A DNA stretch of 64,000 bases from Anaerolineales bacterium (lineage in GTDB: Bacteria > Chloroflexota > Anaerolineae > Anaerolineales > UBA11579): positions 7,277 to 71,276 of the forward strand of contig JAHCII010000010.1 of the NCBI GenBank assembly GCA_026129305.1, read 5' to 3'. The position numbers and the translations under genes were made by a program. This document shows positions 53,235-62,457 of the stretch, piece after piece (the first letter of the stretch is position 1; every line of letters starts with the position of its first letter). The notes beneath the pieces are model-generated. The model saw nothing but the letters and a program-made list of their open reading frames with translations, made no database searches and had not been told where the DNA came from.

Positions 53235-54848
53235 TTATTGCACCGGCTCAATCCATTCAGAGCTCTCGAGGTAATCCAGCCGTTGCTGGATAAAGGTTCG
53301 CACTTGCTGTGCAGCAGTCGTATAGGCATCTTCATCCACCAGATTGCGTTCAGCATCGGCAGCGTTGATCAGACTGGCATACTCATCAATTTTTTCCAGC
53401 AGGGTGCCGCTGGCAAAGGCCGCCTCGTAAACCTGTTGCAATTTATGTTGATACAACGCCATAAAGCGCTGATTGGCGGTGAAACGCGAGAGCAGCGCAT
53501 TCTGCCCGCCGCCCAAACCGCCCCCTCCCCGGCCGCCAATACTGCGGCCTGCGCTGGTCAGGCTTAAGTCTGCGGTGCTGTTGCCGCCCAGTTTTCCCAG
53601 GCTCTCGTTCGTATCCCATAGCATTACAGTCATCAGGCTGGTTTGCTCGTCATAGTACAGATAGTAGTTGTTATTCATGCCAATCATTGAATCGTTGTTG
53701 ACCAGGATCGCATTAACTGCTAGATAGGTAGCAAAGGCATCCACGTCCAAGTAATTCGCTAATTCAGCGTCAAACGTCGCATCATCCGCCTCATCCAAGA
53801 AGCGCATAAAGCGGATGAGCGGCAGCAAGTCGGCATCATTAACCCGGGTCTGTTGGGTAAAGCTGTCCGCATAGCGGCTGGGTTGTTCACCTTCATAGCT
53901 CAGCGTCGCGCCAATTTCTGCCTTGAAGAGCACACCGTCTTCATTCTTGAAGTGCTTTGCGACGTACTCCTGATTGACCAACTCAGAGACCACATAGAGC
54001 TTCTCTGCCCCGCCGTTGAAGCGGAAGCCGGTATAGACCGTCTCTGTGGCTGGCAGGCCAGACAATCGCGCCGCCAGATTGCTAATTGGTTCTTGCAGTA
54101 GGGCTTCGTCGTATGAAGTGCCATAGTTGCGGATGGCAATGGCTGTGTAACCCTGGTAGGTCTGCCCATCCACGAACTCATCGAACTTGACCATGAAGGG
54201 GATCTTGATCAATTCTTCAGAGATGGCCTGGCCGCGCCCCATGCCGCTCTGCGGAAACCCGCCCATCTCATCTTGAGGCAGTTCGCCCATCCCGTCTTGA
54301 GGGAAGCCGCCGCCGCGAGGAGGCTGAAAACCACCCTGGGGAACTTCACCGTCACCCATAGGAGGTCCGCCTTGAAAGCCGCCAAACCCTTCTGGCGGCT
54401 GAAAATCTCCCATGCCTTCAGGCAGTCCTGCCTGCCCATCCGCGAAGCCCACAATAAAGTCACCGCGCCCGGCAATGCCTCCAGCTTGCCCGCCCAGCGC
54501 CGTGCGCAAGGAGGCATTGCCCTTCAGCCGTATGCCTACATTGTTGATCCGCTCGTCGTCAATCACTACATCGACTTGAAAATATTCTTTCAGGCCGGTG
54601 CTTTGATAAGTACTCAGCATTAGGTCATAGTCTGCCTCGGACATCAACACTTGGATTTCATGCACGCGGCTATCATCAAACAGCATTACATCGCTGCTGT
54701 AGTCACTGCCCAGGGTGGCCGAGTTGGCTGCCGAGGGCGAGGTAGTGTAAGCAATGATGCGCTCGTCCCCCAGCACAAACACCAGCACGGCCAGCAAAGC
54801 GGCCAGAAGGAGCGCTAAAGGGAAGTTTCGTCTAAACATTAAGCTCAT
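53235..54848 (-). CDS. CotH-family atypical kinase, secreted/anchored
   Basis: 537-aa ORF with an N-terminal TM/signal segment. CotH signature NNYYLYYDEQTSLMTVMLWDTNESLG. Gly/Pro-rich insert of about 88 aa. Confidence 0.8.
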   Translation of the reverse strand: MSLMFRRNFPLALLLAALLAVLVFVLGDERIIAYTTSPSAANSATLGSDYSSDVMLFDDSRVHEIQVLMSEADYDLMLSTYQSTGLKEYFQVDVVIDDERINNVGIRLKGNASLRTALGGQAGGIAGRGDFIVGFADGQAGLPEGMGDFQPPEGFGGFQGGPPMGDGEVPQGGFQPPRGGGFPQDGMGELPQDEMGGFPQSGMGRGQAISEELIKIPFMVKFDEFVDGQTYQGYTAIAIRNYGTSYDEALLQEPISNLAARLSGLPATETVYTGFRFNGGAEKLYVVSELVNQEYVAKHFKNEDGVLFKAEIGATLSYEGEQPSRYADSFTQQTRVNDADLLPLIRFMRFLDEADDATFDAELANYLDVDAFATYLAVNAILVNNDSMIGMNNNYYLYYDEQTSLMTVMLWDTNESLGKLGGNSTADLSLTSAGRSIGGRGGGGLGGGQNALLSRFTANQRFMALYQHKLQQVYEAAFASGTLLEKIDEYASLINAADAERNLVDEDAYTTAAQQVRTFIQQRLDYLESSEWIEPVQ

Positions 54849-54870
54849 GGTTCTATCCTTTTGCAGCTTA

Positions 54871-55551
54871 TTAGAGGTCGGTGCTGTTGTAACCAGCGAT
54901 CAACGTGAGTTTACGGTTGCCGTTCAACTTGCGTAGCTCCTCAAGGAATTCCTGTATCTTGTCGGCACGTTTCAATCCCAGACTGTAGGTTAGCTCCATC
55001 ATCTTCCCGTTCTGGCTGCTGTCCACGCTGATCAGCTCAGAGGAGTGCGTGTATTTCAGAAAAGCCTTGTCAAACAAAGCGTCGAACTGGCTTTCATTTG
55101 GCACTTCAATGCGCAGGATCTGGCTGGCCATTTCACGCGCAAACCAGTTGAAGCGCATCATGATCACCACCATCAGACTGATCACCAGGGCGGCCACTAG
55201 GGCCAGCAGATAGAAACGCGTTCCGACCGCCATACCAATCGCCATGGTGAAGAAGATAAAGCCCACATCCCGGGTCTCTTTGACTGCATTACGGAACCGA
55301 ATGATAGATAAGGCGCCCACCAGCGAGAAGGCCCGGGCGATGTTGGAACCGACCACCATCATCACCAGCGCCACCACCATGCCATTCAACACCAGGGTCA
55401 CCACAAAGCTCTGGGTGTACGAAGTCCCGCGGTGAGTGATCTTATAGACCCACCCGATAAAGGCGCTCAAGACAAAGCTAAGCGCCATCATCAGAGTGAT
55501 ATCAAGAACAGAAAATTCTCCGGTTAGATCTTGAAAGGTAAAGATGTCCAT
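54871..55551 (-). CDS. DUF4956-family membrane protein
   Basis: Start set at MDIFTFQ, with GGAG 7 nt upstream. Four TM segments, conserved ALSIIRFRNAVKETRDVGFIFF, and a C-terminal soluble domain. Confidence 0.75.
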   Translation of the reverse strand: MDIFTFQDLTGEFSVLDITLMMALSFVLSAFIGWVYKITHRGTSYTQSFVVTLVLNGMVVALVMMVVGSNIARAFSLVGALSIIRFRNAVKETRDVGFIFFTMAIGMAVGTRFYLLALVAALVISLMVVIMMRFNWFAREMASQILRIEVPNESQFDALFDKAFLKYTHSSELISVDSSQNGKMMELTYSLGLKRADKIQEFLEELRKLNGNRKLTLIAGYNSTDL

Positions 55552-55568
55552 TTTTTTCTCCAAAGGAT

Positions 55569-56333
55569 TTAGGCAGCGGCCAGGGCCAGTCGCGGAAATA
55601 CTGAGGCTTTGCCGTTGGCCAGCTCTATGCTGCGGCAGTATTTGCTGATGCGCACCGTTCTCAAATTATGAGCGGCGATCATCTCGCTCAACCAATTAGA
55701 CAGGCGCTCGTTGACCTTGATTTCCATGATGACGCGGTCGGGGGAAATCATCGGCAGGCTAGAGGCATCTTCCAGGCGCAATTGGTGCACCTGATAGTTC
55801 AGAGCCGTATCAAAAGTGACGCGCAGACCCAGGTCAAAGTCAGAGCCAATGAAGGCCTGACGCTGGTAACGCACGATACTTGTAGGACGCAGGTTGTATT
55901 GCCACAAAAAGGCGTAGACTTCGTCAAGCACCTCCTGGTCTTGAGCGGCGATATGTTCCGGCATCTGGCGCTGTGTGCAGAGCGCCACAGCTTGGGCATA
56001 CGGCAAAACCAAGCGTCGCTTTTGGGTGACCCGGTCAATTCGCTGCTTGATCTCCACGAAAACCGGGGTCTGCCGCGTCAAGGGCTGCTCGGTCTCATAG
56101 TGCCGGATGCGTAGTTTGCGCCGGAAACGAACGCCGTCCACTTTCTCCCAATAGCAGCGGAAATCGGGCGAGTCGTAATACAGGCTGGACAGGCGGTAAC
56201 GCCCGCTGCCATGCTCATCGCCGGCCAGATACTTGCGCAGCGCCTTTTTAAAAATCTCGGCTTGCTGCAAACTGATCAGGTACTTGAGCTCAAAGCGATT
56301 GAAGCGGCGGATGGTGTGACTGAGGTTTGACAT
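55569..56333 (-). CDS. VTC-domain (polyphosphate-polymerase-like, CYTH-type tunnel fold) protein
   Basis: Start set at MSNLSHTIRRFNRFELKYLI. Motifs YRLSSLYYDSPDF and RFRRKLRIRHYE. Confidence 0.75.
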   Translation of the reverse strand: MSNLSHTIRRFNRFELKYLISLQQAEIFKKALRKYLAGDEHGSGRYRLSSLYYDSPDFRCYWEKVDGVRFRRKLRIRHYETEQPLTRQTPVFVEIKQRIDRVTQKRRLVLPYAQAVALCTQRQMPEHIAAQDQEVLDEVYAFLWQYNLRPTSIVRYQRQAFIGSDFDLGLRVTFDTALNYQVHQLRLEDASSLPMISPDRVIMEIKVNERLSNWLSEMIAAHNLRTVRISKYCRSIELANGKASVFPRLALAAA

Positions 56334-56503
56334 AGGCCTTCCTGTGTACGGATTTGAAGGCATTCTAGAAAGCCAGTCTGTGAAAACCCAAAGAAAACCC
56401 TGTGAGCCTGCTGAGAAGTCCACGACTGTGGATTCGCTGAGAATCACCTGCTAGGGCTGCATTTCCAGCGAAACTTGCCTATAGTTGAGGGAAGGAAACA
56501 CCC

Positions 56504-57181
56504 ATGCCGACTGTATTGGTGATTGATGATGACCCCAGGCTGCTCAAAATGCTGCAGCGCACTCTGGCCTACGAGAATCTGGTAGTGGTCACAGCCGAGA
56601 ATGGCTTGGACGCCCTGCCTCTGGTAAAAACTCACAAACCCGCCCTGGTGATTGTAGATTGGATGATGCCCAAAATGGACGGGCTGACCTTTGTGCAACG
56701 GCTGCGTCAGGAGGGCAACAAGACCATGATTCTGATGCTGACGGCGCGTGATGCCCTGGAAGACCGCGTCAGCGGCCTGCAAGGCGGGGCGGACGACTAT
56801 CTTGTGAAACCGTTTGCCCCTGCCGAACTGGTGGCGCGCGTCCAGGCTCTACTGCGCCGTGTGGAGGCTCAGCCTGAGCGGCAGGCCGTGGAGTATGCCG
56901 ATATCAGTTTGGATCCGTTGACGCACCAAGCGCGCCGCGGCCAGCAGCCGCTCAATCTGACATTGACCGAGTTCAACTTGTTGCATCTGCTCTTGCGTCA
57001 CCCGCGCCAGGTGCTGGAACGCCAACGTATCCTAAGCGAGGTGTGGGGCTATGACTTCGGTGGGGATGACAACGTTTTGGAAATTTATATTGGGTATTTG
57101 CGCAAGAAACTCGAAGCCCATGGAGAGCCACGCTTAATCCAAACCATTCGTGGAGTGGGCTATTGCCTGCGAGAGAGCTAA
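56504..57181 (+). CDS. OmpR-family response regulator
   Basis: 225-aa ORF. Receiver domain VLVIDDDP..VIVDWMMPKMDG. Winged helix LTLTEFNLLHLLLRHPRQVL..IQTIRGVGY. Confidence 0.93.
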   Translation: MPTVLVIDDDPRLLKMLQRTLAYENLVVVTAENGLDALPLVKTHKPALVIVDWMMPKMDGLTFVQRLRQEGNKTMILMLTARDALEDRVSGLQGGADDYLVKPFAPAELVARVQALLRRVEAQPERQAVEYADISLDPLTHQARRGQQPLNLTLTEFNLLHLLLRHPRQVLERQRILSEVWGYDFGGDDNVLEIYIGYLRKKLEAHGEPRLIQTIRGVGYCLRES

Positions 57182-58605
57182 TGTCCATCCGCTTACGTTT
57201 TAGCCTGCTTTACACCGTCATCCTGGCTTTGACCCTGACATTTTTCGGGGTCGCCTTATACCTCATCCAGGCACAATCAACACTGGACTCCATCCAGCAT
57301 GACCTGCAAACCAACGCCACCCGGCTGGCTGAAGCCACCCTGCGCAGCCATCCACCAATCGGAGGCTTTCCCCAACCAGCTGGAAATCGTCCCCCACTTC
57401 CCTTTGGGGAGTTTTCCAACGAGCAGGAGTTTCAAGCTTTTCCTGAACGAGAGATTGCCCGTGTGCTGGACCCCACGGGCACACTAGTGGCCAGTCCGTT
57501 TGGCCGCGCAGGCGATGAGTTGCCACTCAGTGCTGAGGGCCTGGCGGCCCTGCAAGCCGGCCAGGCCTGGTGGCAAACAGAAGACGTGGCGGGCGAACCT
57601 ACGCTGATTTACAGTCAGCCGGTGATGACCCAAGGCGCCCTGAACAGCATCGTGCAAGTCGCCCGCCCCCTAACCGAGCGCAACCGCACCTTGCAATCGC
57701 TGGTCACCACAGTGCTTCTGGCCGGCGCGCTAATCACGTCGATCGCTTTTGGGATCGGTTGGGTCTTTTCGGGCATCACCCTGGCGCCCATTCAGCGCAT
57801 CACCAAAACAGCCCAATCCATTGGCGACGAGCGCGACTTTTCACACCGCGTCAGCTACCAGGGGCCGCAGGACGAAGTCGGCCAATTGGCTAACACATTC
57901 AATCAAATGCTCTCACGCCTGCAAAGCGCCTTTGAGAAAGTGGAGCACTCTCTGCAGATGCAGCGAGACTTTGTGGCCGACGTCTCGCACGAACTGCGCA
58001 CCCCGCTGACAACTCTGCGCGGCAACCTGGCTTTGCTAAGCCGCACGCCCATGTCTGCCGAAGAGCGGACTGACATCCTCAACGACATGGCAGAGGAAGG
58101 TGATCGCTTGATTCGTCTGGTGAACGAGTTACTGCTGCTGGCTCAGGCGGATGCCGGGCGCCAGCTGACGCAGGAGCATCTAAACATTAGCGAAATCCTT
58201 GAAGAGGTGCTACGCCAGACCCAGGTGCTGGATCCCGGCCAACGCATTAGCGCCAGCACAAGCGAAACACTTAGCTTGGTGGGGGACCGGGATGCGCTTA
58301 AGCAGATCATACTGATTGCCCTGGACAACGCCATCAAACACTCCAGTGGCCGCATCCAGGTTGTCGCTCAGCGAGCAGGGGATTGGCTGGAGATACGCGT
58401 TCAAGACGAGGGGTCAGGGATTGCCGCGGATAAGCTGCAGCACGTTTTTGATCGTTTTTATCGCTCAGAAGACAGCACAGCAGGTATGGGCTTGGGACTT
58501 TCGATTGCCCAAACCTTGGTGGAACGCATGGACGGCACGATTCAGATGCAGAGCGAGCTGGGCAAAGGCAGTATTTTGATTGTGCGCTTTCCCGCGGCGC
58601 AGTAG
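57181..58605 (+). CDS. sensor histidine kinase (2 TM, HAMP, HisKA, HATPase_c)
   Basis: H-box VADVSHELRTPLTTLRG, N-box ALDNAIKHS, G-boxes DEGSGI and GMGLGLSIA. TAATG overlap with the regulator gene. Confidence 0.92.
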   Translation: MSIRLRFSLLYTVILALTLTFFGVALYLIQAQSTLDSIQHDLQTNATRLAEATLRSHPPIGGFPQPAGNRPPLPFGEFSNEQEFQAFPEREIARVLDPTGTLVASPFGRAGDELPLSAEGLAALQAGQAWWQTEDVAGEPTLIYSQPVMTQGALNSIVQVARPLTERNRTLQSLVTTVLLAGALITSIAFGIGWVFSGITLAPIQRITKTAQSIGDERDFSHRVSYQGPQDEVGQLANTFNQMLSRLQSAFEKVEHSLQMQRDFVADVSHELRTPLTTLRGNLALLSRTPMSAEERTDILNDMAEEGDRLIRLVNELLLLAQADAGRQLTQEHLNISEILEEVLRQTQVLDPGQRISASTSETLSLVGDRDALKQIILIALDNAIKHSSGRIQVVAQRAGDWLEIRVQDEGSGIAADKLQHVFDRFYRSEDSTAGMGLGLSIAQTLVERMDGTIQMQSELGKGSILIVRFPAAQ

Positions 58606-58642
58606 CGTACAATCAAGCATCCTTAAAATCTAGTGAGGTGCC

Positions 58643-59029
58643 ATGCCCATAGAAAAAGAACCCGTCTTCCCCGCCGGCGCTCTAAAGCCCATCGGCCCCT
58701 ACACCCCCGCCATCCGCAGTGGTGACTTTGTCTTCGCCTCCGGCCAAATTGGCGTGGATCCGGCCACCGGGAGCTTCCCCGAAGGCGGCGTGGCCGCCCA
58801 GGCCGAGCAGATGTTCAAAAACCTCAAGACCTTATTGGAGGGCGCTGGCGCCGGTTTCGACCAAGTGGTCAAGACCACTTTGTTTCTCACGGACATGAAC
58901 GACTTCGCCGCCGTCAATGAAATTTACGCCCAGCATTTCAACGAGCCGTTCCCGGCCCGCTCCACCATTCAGGTGGCGGCTCTGCCCGGCGGCGCCCTGG
59001 TCGAACTCGAGGCGATTGCGCGCCTCTAA
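58643..59029 (+). CDS. ridA: RidA/YjgF-family reactive-intermediate deaminase
   Basis: 128-aa ORF. Motifs GPYTPAIRSGDFVFASGQIG and PARSTIQVAALPGGALVELEAIA. Confidence 0.9.
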   Translation: MPIEKEPVFPAGALKPIGPYTPAIRSGDFVFASGQIGVDPATGSFPEGGVAAQAEQMFKNLKTLLEGAGAGFDQVVKTTLFLTDMNDFAAVNEIYAQHFNEPFPARSTIQVAALPGGALVELEAIARL

Positions 59030-59083
59030 GCCCGTTCCTCCGGGCAGCACGCTTCAAGGGCAAATCGAATAGAATTTCGCATC

Positions 59084-60079
59084 ATGCCGCAAGTCAGCGT
59101 CATCATCCCCTGCTTTAATGAAGAAAGCACGATTGTAGGCGTCCTGCAGGCGGTTTACGCGCAGGATTTCCCCCACGCCGACCTGGAAGTTGTCATCGCA
59201 GACGGCCTCTCGACCGACGGCACCCGGGCAGCCATCACCGCCTTTCACACTCAGCAGCCTGACCTTAGCATCACCGTGGTCGACAACCCCCAGCGATTGA
59301 TCCCGGCTGCGCTCAACCGGGCCATTGCTGCGGCGCGCGGCGAAGTGATCCTGCGGCTGGACGCCCACTGCGTGCCGCAACCGGGCTACATTGCCCACAG
59401 CCTGGAAGCCTTGCAGGCGGGCCGCGGCTGGAATGTGGGCGGTGTGTGGCAAGTGGTGCCGGGCGGCCCGGGGTGGATGGCGGCGGCCATCGCCGCCGCC
59501 GCCGCCCACCCGCTGGGCGTGGGCGATGCGCTCTATCGCTACACGACCCAGGCGCAGGAAGTGGATACCGTGCCGTTTGGCGCCTTCCGGCGGGCGCTGA
59601 TCGCAGAGATCGGCGGCTTTGACGAGAGCCTGCACAGCAACGAGGACTACGAATTCAATACGCGCATCCGCGCCGCCGGTGGCAAGATCTGGCTGGACCC
59701 GCAGATCAAGTCGCTGTACTATGCCCGCAGCAGTCTGCCCGCCCTGGCCAGCCAGTACGCTCGTTACGGCTACTGGAAACTGCGCATGCTGCGCCGTTAT
59801 CCGGGCTCGCTACGCTGGCGGCAGGCCATTCCCCCACTGTTCGTAGTGACCCTGTTGGGACTGTCACTGGGCGGGTTGTGGTGGCCGTGGCTGCACAAAC
59901 TGCTCATAGCCCAGGTGGTATCATATGTTTTGCTGCTCCTGGCGGCCGCGGCCGAACGGGCCATCCGGACCCGCAATATCGGCCTGCTATTGGGAATGCC
60001 CCTGGCGATTGCCACCATGCACATTTCCTGGGGCGGGGCATTTCTCCGCTCACTGCTGGGCGCATTATTAGGAAGGTAG
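59084..60079 (+). CDS. family-2 glycosyltransferase with C-terminal TM segments
   Basis: VSVIIPCFNEESTI, DGLSTDGT, RLDAH motifs. TAGAAT lies 8 nt upstream of the ATG. Confidence 0.88.
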   Translation: MPQVSVIIPCFNEESTIVGVLQAVYAQDFPHADLEVVIADGLSTDGTRAAITAFHTQQPDLSITVVDNPQRLIPAALNRAIAAARGEVILRLDAHCVPQPGYIAHSLEALQAGRGWNVGGVWQVVPGGPGWMAAAIAAAAAHPLGVGDALYRYTTQAQEVDTVPFGAFRRALIAEIGGFDESLHSNEDYEFNTRIRAAGGKIWLDPQIKSLYYARSSLPALASQYARYGYWKLRMLRRYPGSLRWRQAIPPLFVVTLLGLSLGGLWWPWLHKLLIAQVVSYVLLLLAAAAERAIRTRNIGLLLGMPLAIATMHISWGGAFLRSLLGALLGR

Positions 60080-60094
60080 AAACTCCCACTACAC

Positions 60095-61528
60095 ATGGTT
60101 GAGGCCAAACGAGCTTCTTCTGCCAAAGCCTGGCGCCTTGGCATTGGTGAACGCCGCATCGTTCTGATTGCCGGCGATTTGCTGATGGCTATCGCCGCTC
60201 TGGCGATCAGTCTCTATCTCTGGGCGATTGGGTTTGAGCTGGAAGATATAGGCGATTTCAGCAAGCTCTTGCCGGCTCAGGTGCCCGGTTGGTTCTTTGT
60301 CTTACCAATTGTCTGGCTGTTAATGCTGGTGGAAACGTACAGCTCTTATCGCTCATTGAACTGGCGGCAAACCTTTATCAGCCTGCTGGCCGCCGCCGCG
60401 GTAGGCATGGGCACTTATGTGCTGGTCTACTTCACCTCCGAGCCCGGCTCCCTGCCTCGCACCGGCGTGGCCATCTTTGCTCTGGCGGCCTGGGTGCTCA
60501 CCGCCATCTGGCGTCTGGTTTATATCCGCATCTTCAGCCTGCCCGGTTTCACCCGCCAGGCGGTACTGGTCGGCGCCGGCACCAGCGGGCAGGCCCTGCT
60601 CAATGTGATCAACAACATCAAGCCCGTGCCATATCGCCTGGTGGCGGTCTTGGACGACGATCCCAAGAAAAAAGGCAAAACCGCTGCCGGCCACAAGGTG
60701 CGCGGGGGTGGGGCTTTGCTCACCTCGCTGCTCAAAAAGAATGAAGTCACCGATATCCTGGTGGCGATCAATGGGCGCATGCAAGAGCAGACCTTTCGGG
60801 CCTTGCTGGAAGCGCAAGAGCAGGGCATTGAGATCAAGCGCATGCCGGTGGCCTACGAAGAGCTGCTCGACCGCGTGCCGGTCAATTACTTGGAAGCCGA
60901 CTGGCTGGTGCGCTCTTTTGTCGATGAGGCCCGCGCCAATCGCTTCTACTTAATGGGCAAACGCTTGATCGACATCCTCGGTGGGCTGGTGGGCATGGCC
61001 TCGCTGCTCGTGATTGGACCGCTGGTGGCACTGGCCACCCTGCTGGACACCGGCCGCCCGATCACCTTCTCACAGACCCGCGCCGGCAAAGGCGGGCGTC
61101 CATATCGCATCATCAAGTTCCGCACCATGCGCGTAAACGCTGAAGCGGCCGGCAAACCCCAACTGGCCAAAGAAGATGATGAGCGCAGCACGCGTATCGG
61201 CCGCATCTTGCGCAAGACGCGCCTGGATGAGTGGCCGCAGTTCTACAATGTCTTGCGCGGCGATATGTCGCTGGTGGGGCCGCGCCCGGAACGCCCCGAG
61301 TTGATGGAGCATTTCGAGAAGCACATCCCCTTCTACCGGGCGCGCTTATTGGAAAAACCGGGCATTACCGGCTGGGCCCAGGTGAACCACGGTTATTACG
61401 CCACGCTGGACGAAATGTCGATCAAGCTGGAATACGATCTGTACTACATCAAGCACCGCGGCCCCTTCCTGGACTTTATCATTCTGCTGCGCACCATCGG
61501 CACCATCCTGGGCTTCCGAGGGCGTTAG
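60095..61528 (+). CDS. polyprenyl-phosphate sugar-phosphate transferase (WbaP/EpsB-like initiating enzyme)
   Basis: 477-aa ORF with N-terminal TM segments. KRLIDILGGLVG, IIKFRTM, DEWPQFYNVLRGDMSLVGPRPERPE. Confidence 0.9.
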   Translation: MVEAKRASSAKAWRLGIGERRIVLIAGDLLMAIAALAISLYLWAIGFELEDIGDFSKLLPAQVPGWFFVLPIVWLLMLVETYSSYRSLNWRQTFISLLAAAAVGMGTYVLVYFTSEPGSLPRTGVAIFALAAWVLTAIWRLVYIRIFSLPGFTRQAVLVGAGTSGQALLNVINNIKPVPYRLVAVLDDDPKKKGKTAAGHKVRGGGALLTSLLKKNEVTDILVAINGRMQEQTFRALLEAQEQGIEIKRMPVAYEELLDRVPVNYLEADWLVRSFVDEARANRFYLMGKRLIDILGGLVGMASLLVIGPLVALATLLDTGRPITFSQTRAGKGGRPYRIIKFRTMRVNAEAAGKPQLAKEDDERSTRIGRILRKTRLDEWPQFYNVLRGDMSLVGPRPERPELMEHFEKHIPFYRARLLEKPGITGWAQVNHGYYATLDEMSIKLEYDLYYIKHRGPFLDFIILLRTIGTILGFRGR

Positions 61529-62457
61529 TGAAGCGCGTACTGGTTACCGGAGGCGCCGGGTTCATCGGCTCGCACCTTGTACACGCCTTGGTGCAGCGCG
61601 GCGACCAGGTGCGGGTCTTGGACAATTTCTCCAGCGGCAGCCCTGCCAACCTGGCAGGCGTGCAAGACCAGATCGAATTGTACCAAGGCGACCTGCGCCA
61701 GGCGGATGATGTGCGCGCGGCGGTGAAAGATGTGAACATCATCTTTCATCAGGCCGCCTTCGTCTCGGTACCGCAGTCGCTGGAAGACCCGGCGGAGTGC
61801 TACGCCACCAATGTGGATGGCACTATCCACCTGCTGGAAGCCGCCCGCGCCGCCGGCGTGCGCCAAGTTGTGCTGGCTTCCAGCGCGGCCGTCTACGGCA
61901 GCCTGGACAGCTTTCCGCTGCGCGAAAGCGGCCCGACGCAGAGCCTCTCCCCTTACGCCGCCTCCAAACACATGACTGAAACGCTGGCCGAGCTGTACAC
62001 CGCCAGCTTTGGCCTGCCTGTGACCGCTCTGCGATATTTCAACGTCTACGGCCCGCGCCAGTCGCCCACCTCGGCCTACGCCGCCGCCATCCCGCGCTTC
62101 ATGCACAGCGTGCAGGCTGGCCAGGTCCCGACGGTGTTTGGCGACGGCACCCAGACGCGCGATTTCGTCTTCGTGGGCGATGTGGTGCGCGCCAATCTTC
62201 TGGCCGCCGAAACATCGGCGGCCGCCGGGCGCGCCATCAATGTATGCTCCGGCGCCGAAACCCGTCTGCTGGACCTGCTGGATGTGCTCTACAGCCTGTA
62301 CCCGGACGCTCCGCAGCCGCAATTTGCGCCAGCGCGCGCCGGCGATGTGCCGCGCTCGCTGGGCGACCCAACCCTGGCCGCCGAAGTGCTCGGCTTCCGC
62401 GCTGAGGTCTCGCTGAGCGAAGGGCTGCGCCAGTGCAGCCAGGAGACCCACGCGTGA
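61528..62457 (+). CDS. NAD-dependent sugar epimerase/dehydratase (GalE-like)
   Basis: GTG start overlapping the upstream TAG. VLVTGGAGFIGSH and the YxxxK motif PYAASKH. Confidence 0.88.
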   Translation: MKRVLVTGGAGFIGSHLVHALVQRGDQVRVLDNFSSGSPANLAGVQDQIELYQGDLRQADDVRAAVKDVNIIFHQAAFVSVPQSLEDPAECYATNVDGTIHLLEAARAAGVRQVVLASSAAVYGSLDSFPLRESGPTQSLSPYAASKHMTETLAELYTASFGLPVTALRYFNVYGPRQSPTSAYAAAIPRFMHSVQAGQVPTVFGDGTQTRDFVFVGDVVRANLLAAETSAAAGRAINVCSGAETRLLDLLDVLYSLYPDAPQPQFAPARAGDVPRSLGDPTLAAEVLGFRAEVSLSEGLRQCSQETHA

